Below, piece by piece: positions 1 through 10,800 of a DNA stretch of 64,000 nucleotides. The notes under the pieces are model-generated. The model searched no databases, was not told the DNA's origin, and was given only the letters and a program-made list of their open reading frames with translations. The stretch lies in NCBI GenBank assembly GCA_016748015.1, contig JAAOMT010000772.1:127541-191540 (forward strand), given 5' to 3'. This DNA is from Geosiphon pyriformis uo1. Lineage: Eukaryota; Fungi; Glomeromycota. The position numbers were made by a program, and so were the translations under genes. How positions within the stretch are numbered: the stretch's first letter is position 1; every line of letters starts with the position of its first letter.

Positions 1-1507
1 CTAATATTGTTGCTGCATTGGTTGTGGAGCTGGTGGATAGTAACTGTTTTGGTTTTGTGGTCTTGGTAAATAATAGGTTGGTGGTGGAGATTGGTAATAA
101 GATTGTTGTGGTGAAGAGTAATGTTGATTACTCCTATTTTGTTGGTCTCTTTGTAATTTTTTACAATCTTGTTTCCAGTGTCCTGAAATTCCACAATAAT
201 AACAATTTTGAGATTGGTTGTTGAAAGATGATCCAAAACTGTTTTGGTTGTGTTGTTGTGGAGGTTGATATCTTTGTGGTTGTTGTTGCTGTTGTTGTTG
301 GTTTGTGAAGTAGCTTTCAACCTTCTTTGTGAGTTGGTCTATCTTTTCTTCAGCTGCTAAACTGGTTTCTCCAATAACTATGTTGACAAGTTTGGTGTGG
401 TTTGCTTTTTCCATAGCCATTTCATAGTTTTTTGCATGTCTGATGGCAGTTGCTAAGTCTGCTGGAGCATGTGGGCAGACTTTCTTTATCAGTTTGTTTT
501 TTAATCCTGCTATAAACTGGTCCAGTATCTGAGCATCAGAATAATAATCATTGGTCTCCAATTGTCAAATCTGTCAAAGAAGTTTGTTGAATCTTCCAAG
601 ATAAGTTATGACAGTTTCAGATGTTTCTTGTTTAATATTGTGAAAGCGATTGCAGAGAGTAATAGAGATGTTATTGTCAGTGAATTGTTATAAGAAAGCA
701 TCTTTAAATGCTTGCCAGTTTTCAAATGGTTCTTCTAAGTTTTCAAACTATTCTCCTGCAGTTCCTTGGAAAAAATATGGGATCACTTTGAGCATTCTTG
801 CTGCAATCCAACCATTTGCATCTCCTGCTTTTTGAACTTTGTCAAGCCATTCTTGAAGACTGGTATTATTATCTTCACCAGTAAATTCTGGAATTTTTGC
901 AATGTAAGCAGTTGCCATTTCTTCTTTGTTTTCTGTAGTTTTTTTTTGTTCTGATTCAGTTTCTTTACTTTCCAGACTCTTTGAATAATTACTTTCGTTT
1001 TTTTGTAAGTAATCAATAATATTGGCACTTGTTGATATTGGTTCCTGCTGTTGAGTAGAATTTCTAGGTGGCTGATAATCTTCTGGTCTGAAGAAACATT
1101 TAAGTAGTGAACTTGGTGTTTGTGGTTGAACAAGTGAAATTGAAAATGGTGTAATAGAAAGTGGTAATTTGACACTGGTTCTTTGTTCAGGTGTTTGCAA
1201 GTGTTTGGCAGTTGTTTTTGGTAGTATTGGAGTATTTGGGGTGGTTCTTGAGTATTGCTTCAGTTTTTGTTTGCCTTTGTTGTTTGTTTCTGTCTCTGGT
1301 TCAAAATCAATAGTGTATTGAGACTGCACTGGATATGTTTCTTCACAGTACTAGATAATGTTAAAATTAAGTTCTTGAAAGTAAGTAGCAAGTGTTTCAC
1401 TATTAAGGTCTTCAGTTCCCAACTGTGAATAATGCACTAAATTATTGTAAAGGTTGTTTCTAACTTCTGAGATGTTGTAATTTCCAAAAAGATAATTGTT
1501 AATGTGG
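1..1507 (-). pseudogene. Gag (capsid domain + CCHC zinc knuckle) of element A, with premature stops
   Basis: ORFs 748-1329 and 1-561 are in the same frame. Motifs: IAKIPEFTGED...WL, QFIAGL, and zinc knuckle CYYCGISGHWKQDC, followed by a Q/P-rich tail. Confidence 0.9.
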
Positions 1508-2392
1508 TGTTACAGGTAATTATTTCTGCTGTTAAATTAAATAACAAACCTGTAACTTGGTGCTCAAAAGCTACTTCCGTTGATGATGTCCTATAAGTGT
1601 TATATCTGAAGATTTTGTATCTGAAGGCATTATATCTAAAGGTTTTGATGGAGTCCTTTGTATAATAGACAGAGATTCAATAGTGTCAATAGTAGATGTA
1701 TCTTTCTAAAAGTTTTCCCAATTTCTTTCTTAGCGTAGTGGCTGGATTTAGTCTGGCAGTTGTGCCTTTCTGGTAAGCTATCCGATAATATATAAAATCC
1801 TACTCTTATTTCTGGGTCTTTTATCAGGCTATCCTTGATGTTAATAACTCAGTGCTTAATCTCTTAATCAATTAGTATACAACAACAAAATCAAAGAAAG
1901 AAAAAAAATAAAATAAAGAAAATAAATAAGAAAATAGAAAAAATAAGCCAAGGCAATTTGGTACGTTAGTATCTCGTCAATAGCCATGATCAAGAGCTAT
2001 TGTTCCAGCGTGGTTAAGTATCAATTATTATCAACATGAAGTGTTGATAGTGAAGAGTAGTTTTGAGATATGAAATATTTATTTATTTAATAATTTGTGT
2101 TCTGGGCTAAGGATTCTGTTTTATCAATTCTGTCTTTTTTGTTTCTAACACTACTGCTATATATACATAATTGAGATTTCTCAATTCCTCAATTCTTCAT
2201 GACAGGAATCCTGGAATTCCTGGAATCCTGTAATTCCTATGAGAGGAATCCTGCAATTCTTCATAAGAGAATCCTGAAATTTCTGGGATCCTGCAATTCC
2301 TGAGAGGAATTCTGGAATTCCACATTTACTACACCTACTTCGGATTGGCTAATAATTATGCTAATATATTTCCTATATTTCTATGAATAACA
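1508..2392 (-). repeat. 3' LTR of element B (885 bp)
   Basis: Termini TGTTA...TAACA. Direct repeat of 10801-11701. U3 carries imperfect GGAATTCC/GGAATCCT tandem units (2205-2320); TATA-like box near 2157-2164. Confidence 0.95.
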
Positions 2393-2410
2393 TTATTCCC
2401 TTCTTTTAAT
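2393..2410 (-). other. Polypurine tract of element B
   Basis: Minus strand reads ATTAAAAGAAGGGAATAA immediately before the TG of the 3' LTR. Confidence 0.85.
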
Positions 2411-3089
2411 ATTGAGCTCCATTGAAATTCAACTCATTTAATTTCCCCTCTTGAAGTATTTTCTGGATTTTGTTTTTGAGAATTACTTGTGTTATTTGAG
2501 TCTGTAATTTTTCAAATTGAGCATTGGTGATCTTTCCCAATTAATTACTGGTAACCATATCTATTGCTTTGCTATGCAATATTTCTGGTCTATTCTGAAA
2601 TGTTGTGTGTATTTGGTATATGGCTTGAGCCTGTGTAGTTAAGTTGTTCTTTCTTACAAAATGTTCTAATTGTTGTAGTATTTTTTTGTTGAATAATTGC
2701 TTTGTTTTATCTGTATATAGATTCTGGATATTTATGTGTTGCCCCAAGTAAAAGTAACAATAATTTCTTGGAAATTGTTGTATCCACCAATTCCAAGTTT
2801 TTTTAGTCAGCTCTTGATATAGTGCCTCTTTTGTTGACTCTTTTATTGCTAATTTTACTTTCACAATGATTTTGTCTATCATATTTTCAGTTTTCTTCTT
2901 TGTTCTGAGTTGCAATGTCTTTCTAGTATCTTGATATCGAATGGTTTGTTAATTGATTGTAATCTCCATTTCCTGGTGTTGGATCAATTGAAAGAGTTGT
3001 TGTGCTAGTGAGTAAATATTGTTTGTAATTTCCATTTTTCTGATATTTCCTGTTGCATCTACCGTGTCTTTATATATTCTTTTGCTAAA
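2406..3089 (-). pseudogene. Uncharacterised ~228-codon region 3' of integrase (in-frame extension or extra ORF)
   Basis: Same frame as integrase after TGA 3090-3092. It is open to TAA 2406-2408 except for TAA at 2949 and 2541 (compatible with CAA->TAA). Includes ORF 2541-2915. Confidence 0.6.
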
Positions 3090-4472
3090 TCAATTTAACA
3101 TGTTGTTGTTGATAATAATGATTGGTTCCAGATCTCGTGAAATCTCATTTGGTTGGACTAGTATTCTCTGTACTCCTAATTGAGAAATATTACTGGTAAA
3201 TGGTAGTGTGATGTTGTGATATGGTTTCAGTCAATCTCTATGTGCTGCTTTGGTTAAAATTTTGTTATCCAATCTTAATTTGTAAGCTCTATTTTCTAGA
3301 ATTTCTTCTATGTGAAATGGTTTGTCCCATTTGGGGTCAAATTTTCCACTCCATTGTTTTTCCACTTTGGTATGATATAGTAATACTTTGTCTCCAATCT
3401 TAAATTCAACTGGTTTGTCTGGTAGTTGACTATCGTGTTTTTTTTTCTGTTTTTTTTGTGACTTTTGAATATTATCAGCTGCTCTTCTTCATTTGTTTTC
3501 CAATGTTTCCATTAAGTTATATGTTCTTTTCAGCAATGTTTCTTGAAAATTTTCTTCTGTTATTGGTTTAGCTGGATATGTATTAATTTCTCTCTCTACT
3601 GGTAACGTTGCTGTTCTCCCATACACTAATTTAAATGGTGTTGCTTGTGTAGTATCTTGTTTTATTGTCCAATAAGCAAATAGTACTGATGGTATAAACA
3701 AATCCCAATCATTCTGGTTTTTTTGGCTAAGCTTAGCTATTGCTTCACACAATGTTCTGTTGAATCTTTCTACTAATCTATTGGTTTGTGGATGGTATGG
3801 TGATGATAATGGTCTCTTGATTCCGAATCTTTGGCTCAATTCTGTTAATGTTCTGTTCACAAAATGAGTTCCTTGGTCTGATAATAGTTCTTTTGGACAT
3901 CCATGTCAACAAATCAAATCCTGATGAATGAATTCGGCAACAGATTTTGTATCCACTCTTTGAATTGCTTTCACCTCTGGCCATTTAGTGAGATAGTCCA
4001 TAGCTACTGCTATGTATTTGTTTCTTCTGCTGGTGATTGTTAATGGTCCAACTAAATCAATTCCAATACGGTCAAATGGTTGTCCCACTTTGATTGATCT
4101 TAATGATTCACTGGGTTTTATACCTCTTCTTTGCTGACAGGCATCGCAATTTTAAACATATTGGATGATGTCTGGATACATTGATGGCCAATAGTATCTT
4201 TTTCTGGTTCTTTCCATGGTTGCTTTTTTATGAAAATGTCCTGCTGTTGGATTTGAGTGCATGTTGAATAATATTGTCTCTTTTTCTGGCTCTGTAATTA
4301 CTCTGGTTGGTTGATCTGGATCTTTTCTATTTTTCTAATAAAGTATATTTTGGTGAATAATAAAATATTTTGATTGTTGTTTGATACTCTTTTGTTCCAT
4401 TTGAGATAAATTCTCCTTGAACTGTTGAGTGTTTATATAATGTTGAAATTGTTGATATTTTTGTATGTTCAT
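3090..4472 (-). pseudogene. Integrase of element B (HHCC, DDE core, GPY/F-type C-terminus), apparently a stand-alone ORF
   Basis: Starts MNIQKYQQF at ATG 4472. Motifs: H..TAGH...CDAC, GIDLVGP, MDYLTKW, SPYHPQTNRLVERFNRTL and KWDKPFHIEEIL. Several TGA/TAA lesions. Confidence 0.92.
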
Positions 4473-4534
4473 CTTTTGTTATATTTTTCATTGGTATTGT
4501 TCTGGTTTTGTTATATTTTTGTGTTAAAATGTTC

Positions 4535-5950
4535 TTAGATTTGTTTCATTTGTGACAAACCATCGGCATTTCTGTTGTCTTTTTCTTTCTTATAGTGTAT
4601 AGTATAAGTATATCATGATAGTGCCATTTTCCATCTGGACTGGTGGTCATCATCAAATTCTTGCTTTTGAAGTGATGTTAATTCTTTATAATCTGTGTAT
4701 ATATCAAACTTTTGGTTCAAGTATTCATTCCACTTTATGACTGCCCAATAGATTGCTAAATGTTCTAATTCAGGTGTTCCATAGTTCTTTTCGGCTGGTG
4801 TTAGACCTCGGCTGCCATATGCTACTGGATGTTTTCTGCCGTCTGGTCCCTTCTGAGATAGTACTGCTCCCAATGCTTGGCTGGATGCATCAGTGGTAAT
4901 GATGAATAGTTTGTTGTGATTTGGGTAGATCAGTACTAGAGCTTGAATAAGCTTTCTTTTCAGAGTATCAAAAGCTTCTTGTTGACTTTCTGTCCATTTG
5001 TATTTGGTATTCTTGGTTTGCAAATTATTAAGCAGTTGAGCTATCTTTAAAAAGTTCTTTATAAAGTGTCAATAGTAGCTTGTGAATCCCAAGAATAATT
5101 TCAATTCAGTCACATTGGTTGGTACTAGAAAGTTCTTTACTATCTCTATTTTCTTTGGATCCGTTTTGATGCCATCTTTGCTGACTATGTGTCTCAAGAA
5201 TTTTAGTTCTGTCTTGCCAAAGAAGCACTTTGTTGTATTTAACTTTAGTCCTGCTCTTCTTAGTCTTTCGAACACTTGTTGAAGATGATAAAAATGATTA
5301 TCAAATGTTTTTAAAAATACATTGGTGTCATCCAAGTATACAACTACTGATTTCCACAATAAGCCAGTATAGACAATTTCTATTAGCCATTGGAAAGTAG
5401 CTGGTACGTTGGTTAAACCAAATGGTATTACTTCAAATTCAAAATTCCCTTCTCTTGTGGTGAATGCCGTCTTTTCTTTGTCGGCTGGATCCATGGCTAC
5501 TTGTTAGTAACCACTGTCCAAGTCTAATGTTGAGAACCATTTGTTCCCGCCAAAAGCATCAAATAATTCTTGTATCCATGGAGTTGGATAGCTGTTTCTA
5601 CAAGTTATACTATTTAGTTTTCTGTAGTCCACACAAAATCAGATCTTTCCATTTTTCTTTCGAACAAGTACTACTGGTGACAACCATGGGCTCATTAATG
5701 GCTGAATTAACCCATTGTCAAGCATTCAGTAGATCTCTTGATGGATGATTTCATGGCTGGCTGGTGGTACTCTGTATGTTTGCTGTTTGATGGGTATTGC
5801 ATCTTCAGTATTGATCTGATGCTAAATGATATCAGTTCGGCCAAACTCATTTTTGTTGGTAAAGATGTTATTAAACTGGTTGAGCAACATCTTGAGTTGC
5901 ATACATTGGAGTGGATCTAAGTTTCCCATGTTCATTTGTTCCAATTGTTC
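4535..5950 (-). pseudogene. Reverse transcriptase + RNase H of element B
   Basis: RT motifs: FCVDYRKLN, PFGLTNVPATFQ and VYLDD. RNase H motifs: TDAS..LGAVLSQ, NYGTPELE, YTD and ADGLS, ending at TAA 4535. Confidence 0.95.
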
Positions 5951-6367
5951 TGATTGGAGCAAATAACATTTACTTCATCCATATATTGTTTGTGATGTGA
6001 TATTGACATATCCACAAAGTTGTGGAAAGTCTGGAATGGGGTTTAGTGGTTGATCCTCCATTTTAGTGTTTAAGTATCCAATAATGATTCCGGCTGGTAT
6101 TTCTATGATATTTCCTGTATTGTTGTAGATGAGAATTTTAATGTGGCTGTAATCTTTGGCTGGTATGTGGAGATTGATGAGTCCAACCTCTTCTAATTCA
6201 CAAAGACTGGCTTTTGCTTCAAAAATTTGTGCTTGGTCTTTTTCCTTCCTTTCTATTGCTAGCATGTACTAATTATATGGTGAAATGGAAATAGCTTGAC
6301 CGGTTGAGATAATTTCTCCTTGGCCAACAATTTCTTTTTCCATCATATTAACTGGTACATCTATTCT

Positions 6368-6760
6368 ACCCATTGATCCAAATCCCTGTATTCCTCTCGC
6401 TGTTATTCCTAGTTCTTCCTTTTTTCCCATTGATACTAACTGAGCTACTCTAACCAGAGACAGGAATATTGCCTGTGCTATCTTTTTGTTGGGCTCTATT
6501 ATATAGGCCTTTTCTGAGTCATTTTGTAGCATAGTAATAATATTTCCTACATATTTCATGTCAATTATTCCTCCTCTTATATTAATCCCTTTTTTTGCTA
6601 AACTACTCCTAAATGCTAATTGAACCATTGTTGTTGCCAGAATTTCTAGTGCTACTTTTAAATCAATGCAGGTGCATGAATGTGGTTCCAATTTGATAGC
6701 TTCTGTTCCCAGATATCTCAGATCAAATCCTGCATCAGTATCATGTGCATGTTCTGACAT
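6368..6760 (-). pseudogene. dUTPase domain within the pol of element B
   Basis: All five trimeric dUTPase motifs appear in order: DAGFDL, RSSLA, GGIIDxxYVGNI, KIAQ and RGIQGFGSMG. Confidence 0.92.
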
Positions 6761-8029
6761 AATACCTTCATTATTATCACTGAACCATTTCAGTTCTTGT
6801 TCTTTGGTAAGGTTAGGAAGCGTGATATATTGTTTATAGCTTGAGTCGGAGTTTGAATCTAAGTTGATATTGTTGTCATTGTCATTGCTGTTTTGAATGG
6901 AGCTGAAACCATTATTGTCGTTGTTATTGTTGGGGTTTGAATCGAGATTGAGCGGCAATTCCGACTCCGATGAGCAGCTGCTGATTGGTTCTTCCTCTTC
7001 AGGAATTGTGTAAATCATGCGTGGTGGGGGATTGTAAATGAGGTCACAATCATTACAATATTCAAAGTTACTGGGAATTAAACAATGGTGATACAATCTT
7101 GTATTCAACTGTGCTAGCCATTGTTCTTGTTTCTTTCTAGTGGGTGCCAAGTTTTGGTAGTGTTTATGGAACTCTTCTGGTTCTAGAAAATTTATGACTG
7201 GTTCTGTGTTTCAGTCGAGCTCAATGAGTTCTGGTAAGTTGTTTTTAATTGTCCTGATTTCTTCTGGTGATGTGCCTTTAATTTTGGCAATTGTCATTCA
7301 CTATAATTCATTGTCGTCATGTAGACAACTGTCCAATCGCTGTACAGCTCTTTTTCAGGCAGCTTCTATGGGTATTTTTTTCTCAACCCAGTCACTGATG
7401 AGGGATCGTGTATTGACAGGACACATTGTATGTTTCTCCTCTCTCCAGAATGTTGTTCTACATTCTTTCATCTAGCAAGGTCTCCCCACAAGTAAGACAA
7501 AATTGGCTATTCCATTTTTCTTGCCTCTTTGGTCATTCAAAGTGTTTGAGTAAGCATGGATGACAATAGAACTTTGTTGCAGTGTGGTATTCCTTATCAT
7601 TGCCACAGCATACATCTATTGACAACAGTTTCTTGTCACAATTAATGCACACAAGCCTTGGCCGTCAATAATTGGATTGTTGTGGAGTGTGGTGGATGTA
7701 GAAATTATAAATGGCAATGGTTGGCAGTGTTCTTTTTTCCTTTTCTTTTCCTTTTCCCTTATCTTCATTCTATTCCCAACTGGAGGCTTCTTTTTGTTCA
7801 TTGTCAGTCCAAGTCAGATCATCGGTTTCCCAGGTAAGTTTGTTTGTCTGCTTTCCTTTCTCGTTGTCATTCCAAGAAAGTATTGGTGGCAGTTCATTGT
7901 GTTTTTTATCAGCCCACAACACTTGGTAGGCTTCCCAGATAGGTTTTGGTTTTTCTTCCTTGAAGTCGATTAGTGGTGCCGTGGTGTTAGTAGCCTTGAA
8001 GTGGCCACACGTTGCTGGTACATGCGTGT

Positions 8030-8400
8030 GTTGCTCATTCTGGCTGAGTTAGAGCTTTTGTGTATTCCAGTCCAGAGTGGCGTTTGTTTTGGACAGCCAG
8101 TCATTACCAACTAGAGTTTGGTATTGGGTGGCTTCCATAACGAGTACTTTGATTGGTACTATGATGCCATTAATTTCAATTGGTAAGTCATTGATTTCGC
8201 CGATTGGAGTCTTGGTTGCTCTATCAGCCATGATGATTCTGGCGCTAGCAGCTCAATCAACTTGGCGACCTAATTGATTCATGAGTTGTCATGTGATGAT
8301 GCTGCCTGCTAAACCACTGTCAAAAATTAGTTTGATGTAATGGCTATCAATTTTTGCATCAGTGTACATAGCAGTAATTGGCTTTTCTTCCAGTGTGGTT
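8030..8400 (-). pseudogene. Retropepsin aspartic protease of element B
   Basis: Active-site LIFDSG(L)AGSII near 8300-8330 and C-terminal LVGNDWL in ORF 8049-8231. Confidence 0.88.
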
Positions 8401-8699
8401 CCACTAAATAATGGCATGTTTGACAGTTCCTTGAGTTCGAATAGAAAAATGGCATCCAGTAATTTGTCATTGGTAACTGTTGCTGGCAGAATATTGCTAG
8501 TATGTGTTTGTTGTTTTTGGGTGGGTTTCTGGTTGCTGAGTGAGGCATCTTCTGGAGTAACCAGAAAACTTAAATAGTTCTGGGAATTTGGGTTTTGGGA
8601 ATTTCCGGTGCCTGAATTCCATTAACGAGATCTTGTTTGGCTGACAGAGCTGGGGATTGGTTAATGAATTACTATCGACAATCTTCAGTTTTGCTGCAT

Positions 8700-10738
8700 A
8701 ATTTTCAGTCTTTGGACTCTGCTGGCTGGTAAGTTTTGTGGCGGAGTTTGAATTGTTTGGAGTTGATAGATTGTGGCAGTTGTGGTTGATACATTACCTG
8801 TGGCTGTGGCTGATAAATTGGGGCTGTTGGTTGATAAATTGGTGCTTGATATACTGGTGGTTGATAAATTTATTGCTGCATCATTGGCAGATAAGTAGTT
8901 TGATATTGTGTTGAGTTGGATTGATGATTCGGAGTTGAGAACTGGCAATTAGGGTTTTGATATTGATTTCCCAATCATTGGTTATTTAAATGCTGGCAGC
9001 AGTCAATTTGAATATGTCCTTGTTTACCACAATAGTGGCAGATATACATTTCTTGTTGCCACTGTTGATTTGTTAATGAAGATGGACATAGTTGATTTTG
9101 GCCACGAGTAGAGTTTCCTTGATTATTGCATCATTGTAGAAGCTGATAAATGGTGTGATTGTTAGCTAAGTATTCTTCTAATTTTTTATTAATTGTTTCA
9201 CTAAACTTTTCTAATTTAGAATCCAATTCAGATGATCTGTTCATTACTAAATTAACGGCTTAGGCGTGGTTGGCCTCTGACTCAGTGGATTCAAAATCTC
9301 TGGCGCGTGTAACTGCATCTTGAAGTGTGCCTAGATGCAATGGATGTACATGTTGCAGGATGCTGCTGTACAGGCCACGGATAAACTGGTTGAGGATCTG
9401 TAATGCTGTGAAGTAGTTGGCATCAATTGCTTGAATTTGGCGCAGATTTTGATAGAAGCGTCCCAAATAAGTGGTGACTGCTTCAGTTTCTTCTTGTTTC
9501 ATGGTGGTGAACGTGTTGACTAGGCGATTGATGCTGTTATTGTTGCTGAAGTATCTTAGAAATTCCACTTTAAAGGCATCAAAATCTTGTGGTTTATTAA
9601 TCAAGCTCTGGTATCATGAATTGATGGTATCCTTGAGAAAGTAGGAAATGGCTTGCATTGCCTGGGTGTCATTCCATCCGTTGGCTGCAATGGCTTTTTC
9701 TATATCATTCAGCCATACTTGAGCATCGTCCTCTTCGCCGGTAAAGTTGTCAAGTTTTGTGATTGGCGCATAGGTCATTAGATCTAAGTTGGGTGGTTGT
9801 AGTGGCTGTTGAAGTAATTGTTAAAGAGGTAATGATTGTTGGGATGGTACTGAAGGTGGTTGAATTGGCTCACCAATCAGCTCAATTGGTAGTTGATTGA
9901 TGATAATAACTGGAGGTAGATTTTGCTGATGAATTAACTCAGGGTTTTGATTTCTTTGATTTGGCGGAGTTCAAATATTTGGTATTTCGATTTCCGAATT
10001 TTCTAAATGTTGCTGAGTTTGAATGTTCCAGTCTTCTAAGATTGGGTTTTGGTAATTGAATTTCTGATCCTTATTTTTTTCTTCTTCTGATTCAGTAATT
10101 TCCCAGGGACTGACAGTTCCGAAATCTGGCTAATAAGGTGGCAATCGGAATCCTGATGATGTTGGTGATCTCAATTTGAATTCTTCAAAATAATTGCTGT
10201 ATGCCCCTAATAGTTTGTTTTTCTTTTGTTTACTCTAAAACACAATTCTTGCTAGCGGCGTTTTTGTACTGGTGGACATGTCTGCTGATGCGATGTTGAT
10301 GGTACTTCTGGGCATGTGATGATATAATGGATATATTGGAGATTCAATTTTTTGTTTCTTCCAGTTAGGAATTTGTATTCCTTTGGGTGTTACTGCTGGT
10401 GTCTGTAGTTTTCCTTTGCCTTTGTCCTAGTAAGTGATAGAGAATGTTCTTTGTGTATATCTTTCAATTTCTTGGTTAATTTCTCTAATGATGAGTGCAA
10501 AGCTGTGATTTTTGGGTAAGTTGGTGTGTTGGATTAGTTCCGAATAGAAATTTTCTCTTGCTGATTCAATGTCAACTGGTCTTCCTAAGAAATCTGTGAT
10601 TCTTTCATTGACATAGAAGTTGAAAGCTGATTCTGCTGGGTAATGGTTGTTGGTTAGGCCTAGTTGTTGGCTGTACTGTTGAAATAAGAATTTTGCAAAT
10701 CCTAGATGGTTTGGCCCTATTATTTCTGATTCTGCCAT
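8700..10738 (-). pseudogene. Gag of element B
   Basis: ORFs 10427-10738 and 9260-9604 are in one frame. Motifs: YAPITKLDNFTGE, QFIRGL, zinc knuckle CHYCGKQGHIQIDC (~9000-9040), then YQP repeats. Confidence 0.9.
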
Positions 10739-10780
10739 TTTTGGTTTGGTGTTGTCAGTGCTAGTTCTTTGTAGGATTAT

Positions 10781-10798
10781 ACCTTACAGGAAGCACCA
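10781..10798 (-). promoter_or_regulatory. Primer-binding site of element B
   Basis: TGGTGCTTCC... begins 2 nt after the LTR-terminal CA and is complementary to a tRNA 3' end ...GGAAGCACCA. The isoacceptor was not identified. Confidence 0.85.
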
Positions 10799-10800
10799 AA

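Noticed and set aside
2205-2320. GGAATTCC/GGAATCCT repeat cluster as CRISPR-like array
   Set aside because: Irregular 8-9-bp tandem units without unique spacers, inside a eukaryotic LTR U3; no cas genes.
1508-2392. Hammerhead ribozyme in LTR or LINE tail
   Set aside because: No CUGAnGA...GAAA core with closing stems was found.
2406-3101. env gene
   Set aside because: Position fits, but there is no signal peptide, furin site or transmembrane helix.
3095-3101. ATGTTAA stop/start overlap between integrase and the downstream ORF
   Set aside because: Codon-by-codon check shows this ATG is in the integrase frame and the TAA is not, so there is no overlap.
6368-6760. Host or bacterially transferred dut gene
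   Set aside because: Intronless, in frame with RT, inside the LTR pair and mutated like the rest of the element.
8685-8948. 87-aa Ser/Thr/Asn-rich ORF as an independent gene
   Set aside because: Alternative frame of the YQP-repeat tail of Gag.
8600-8950. Programmed gag-pol frameshift
   Set aside because: The frame changes here, but no slippery site was identified and the copy has other indels; it cannot be separated from decay.
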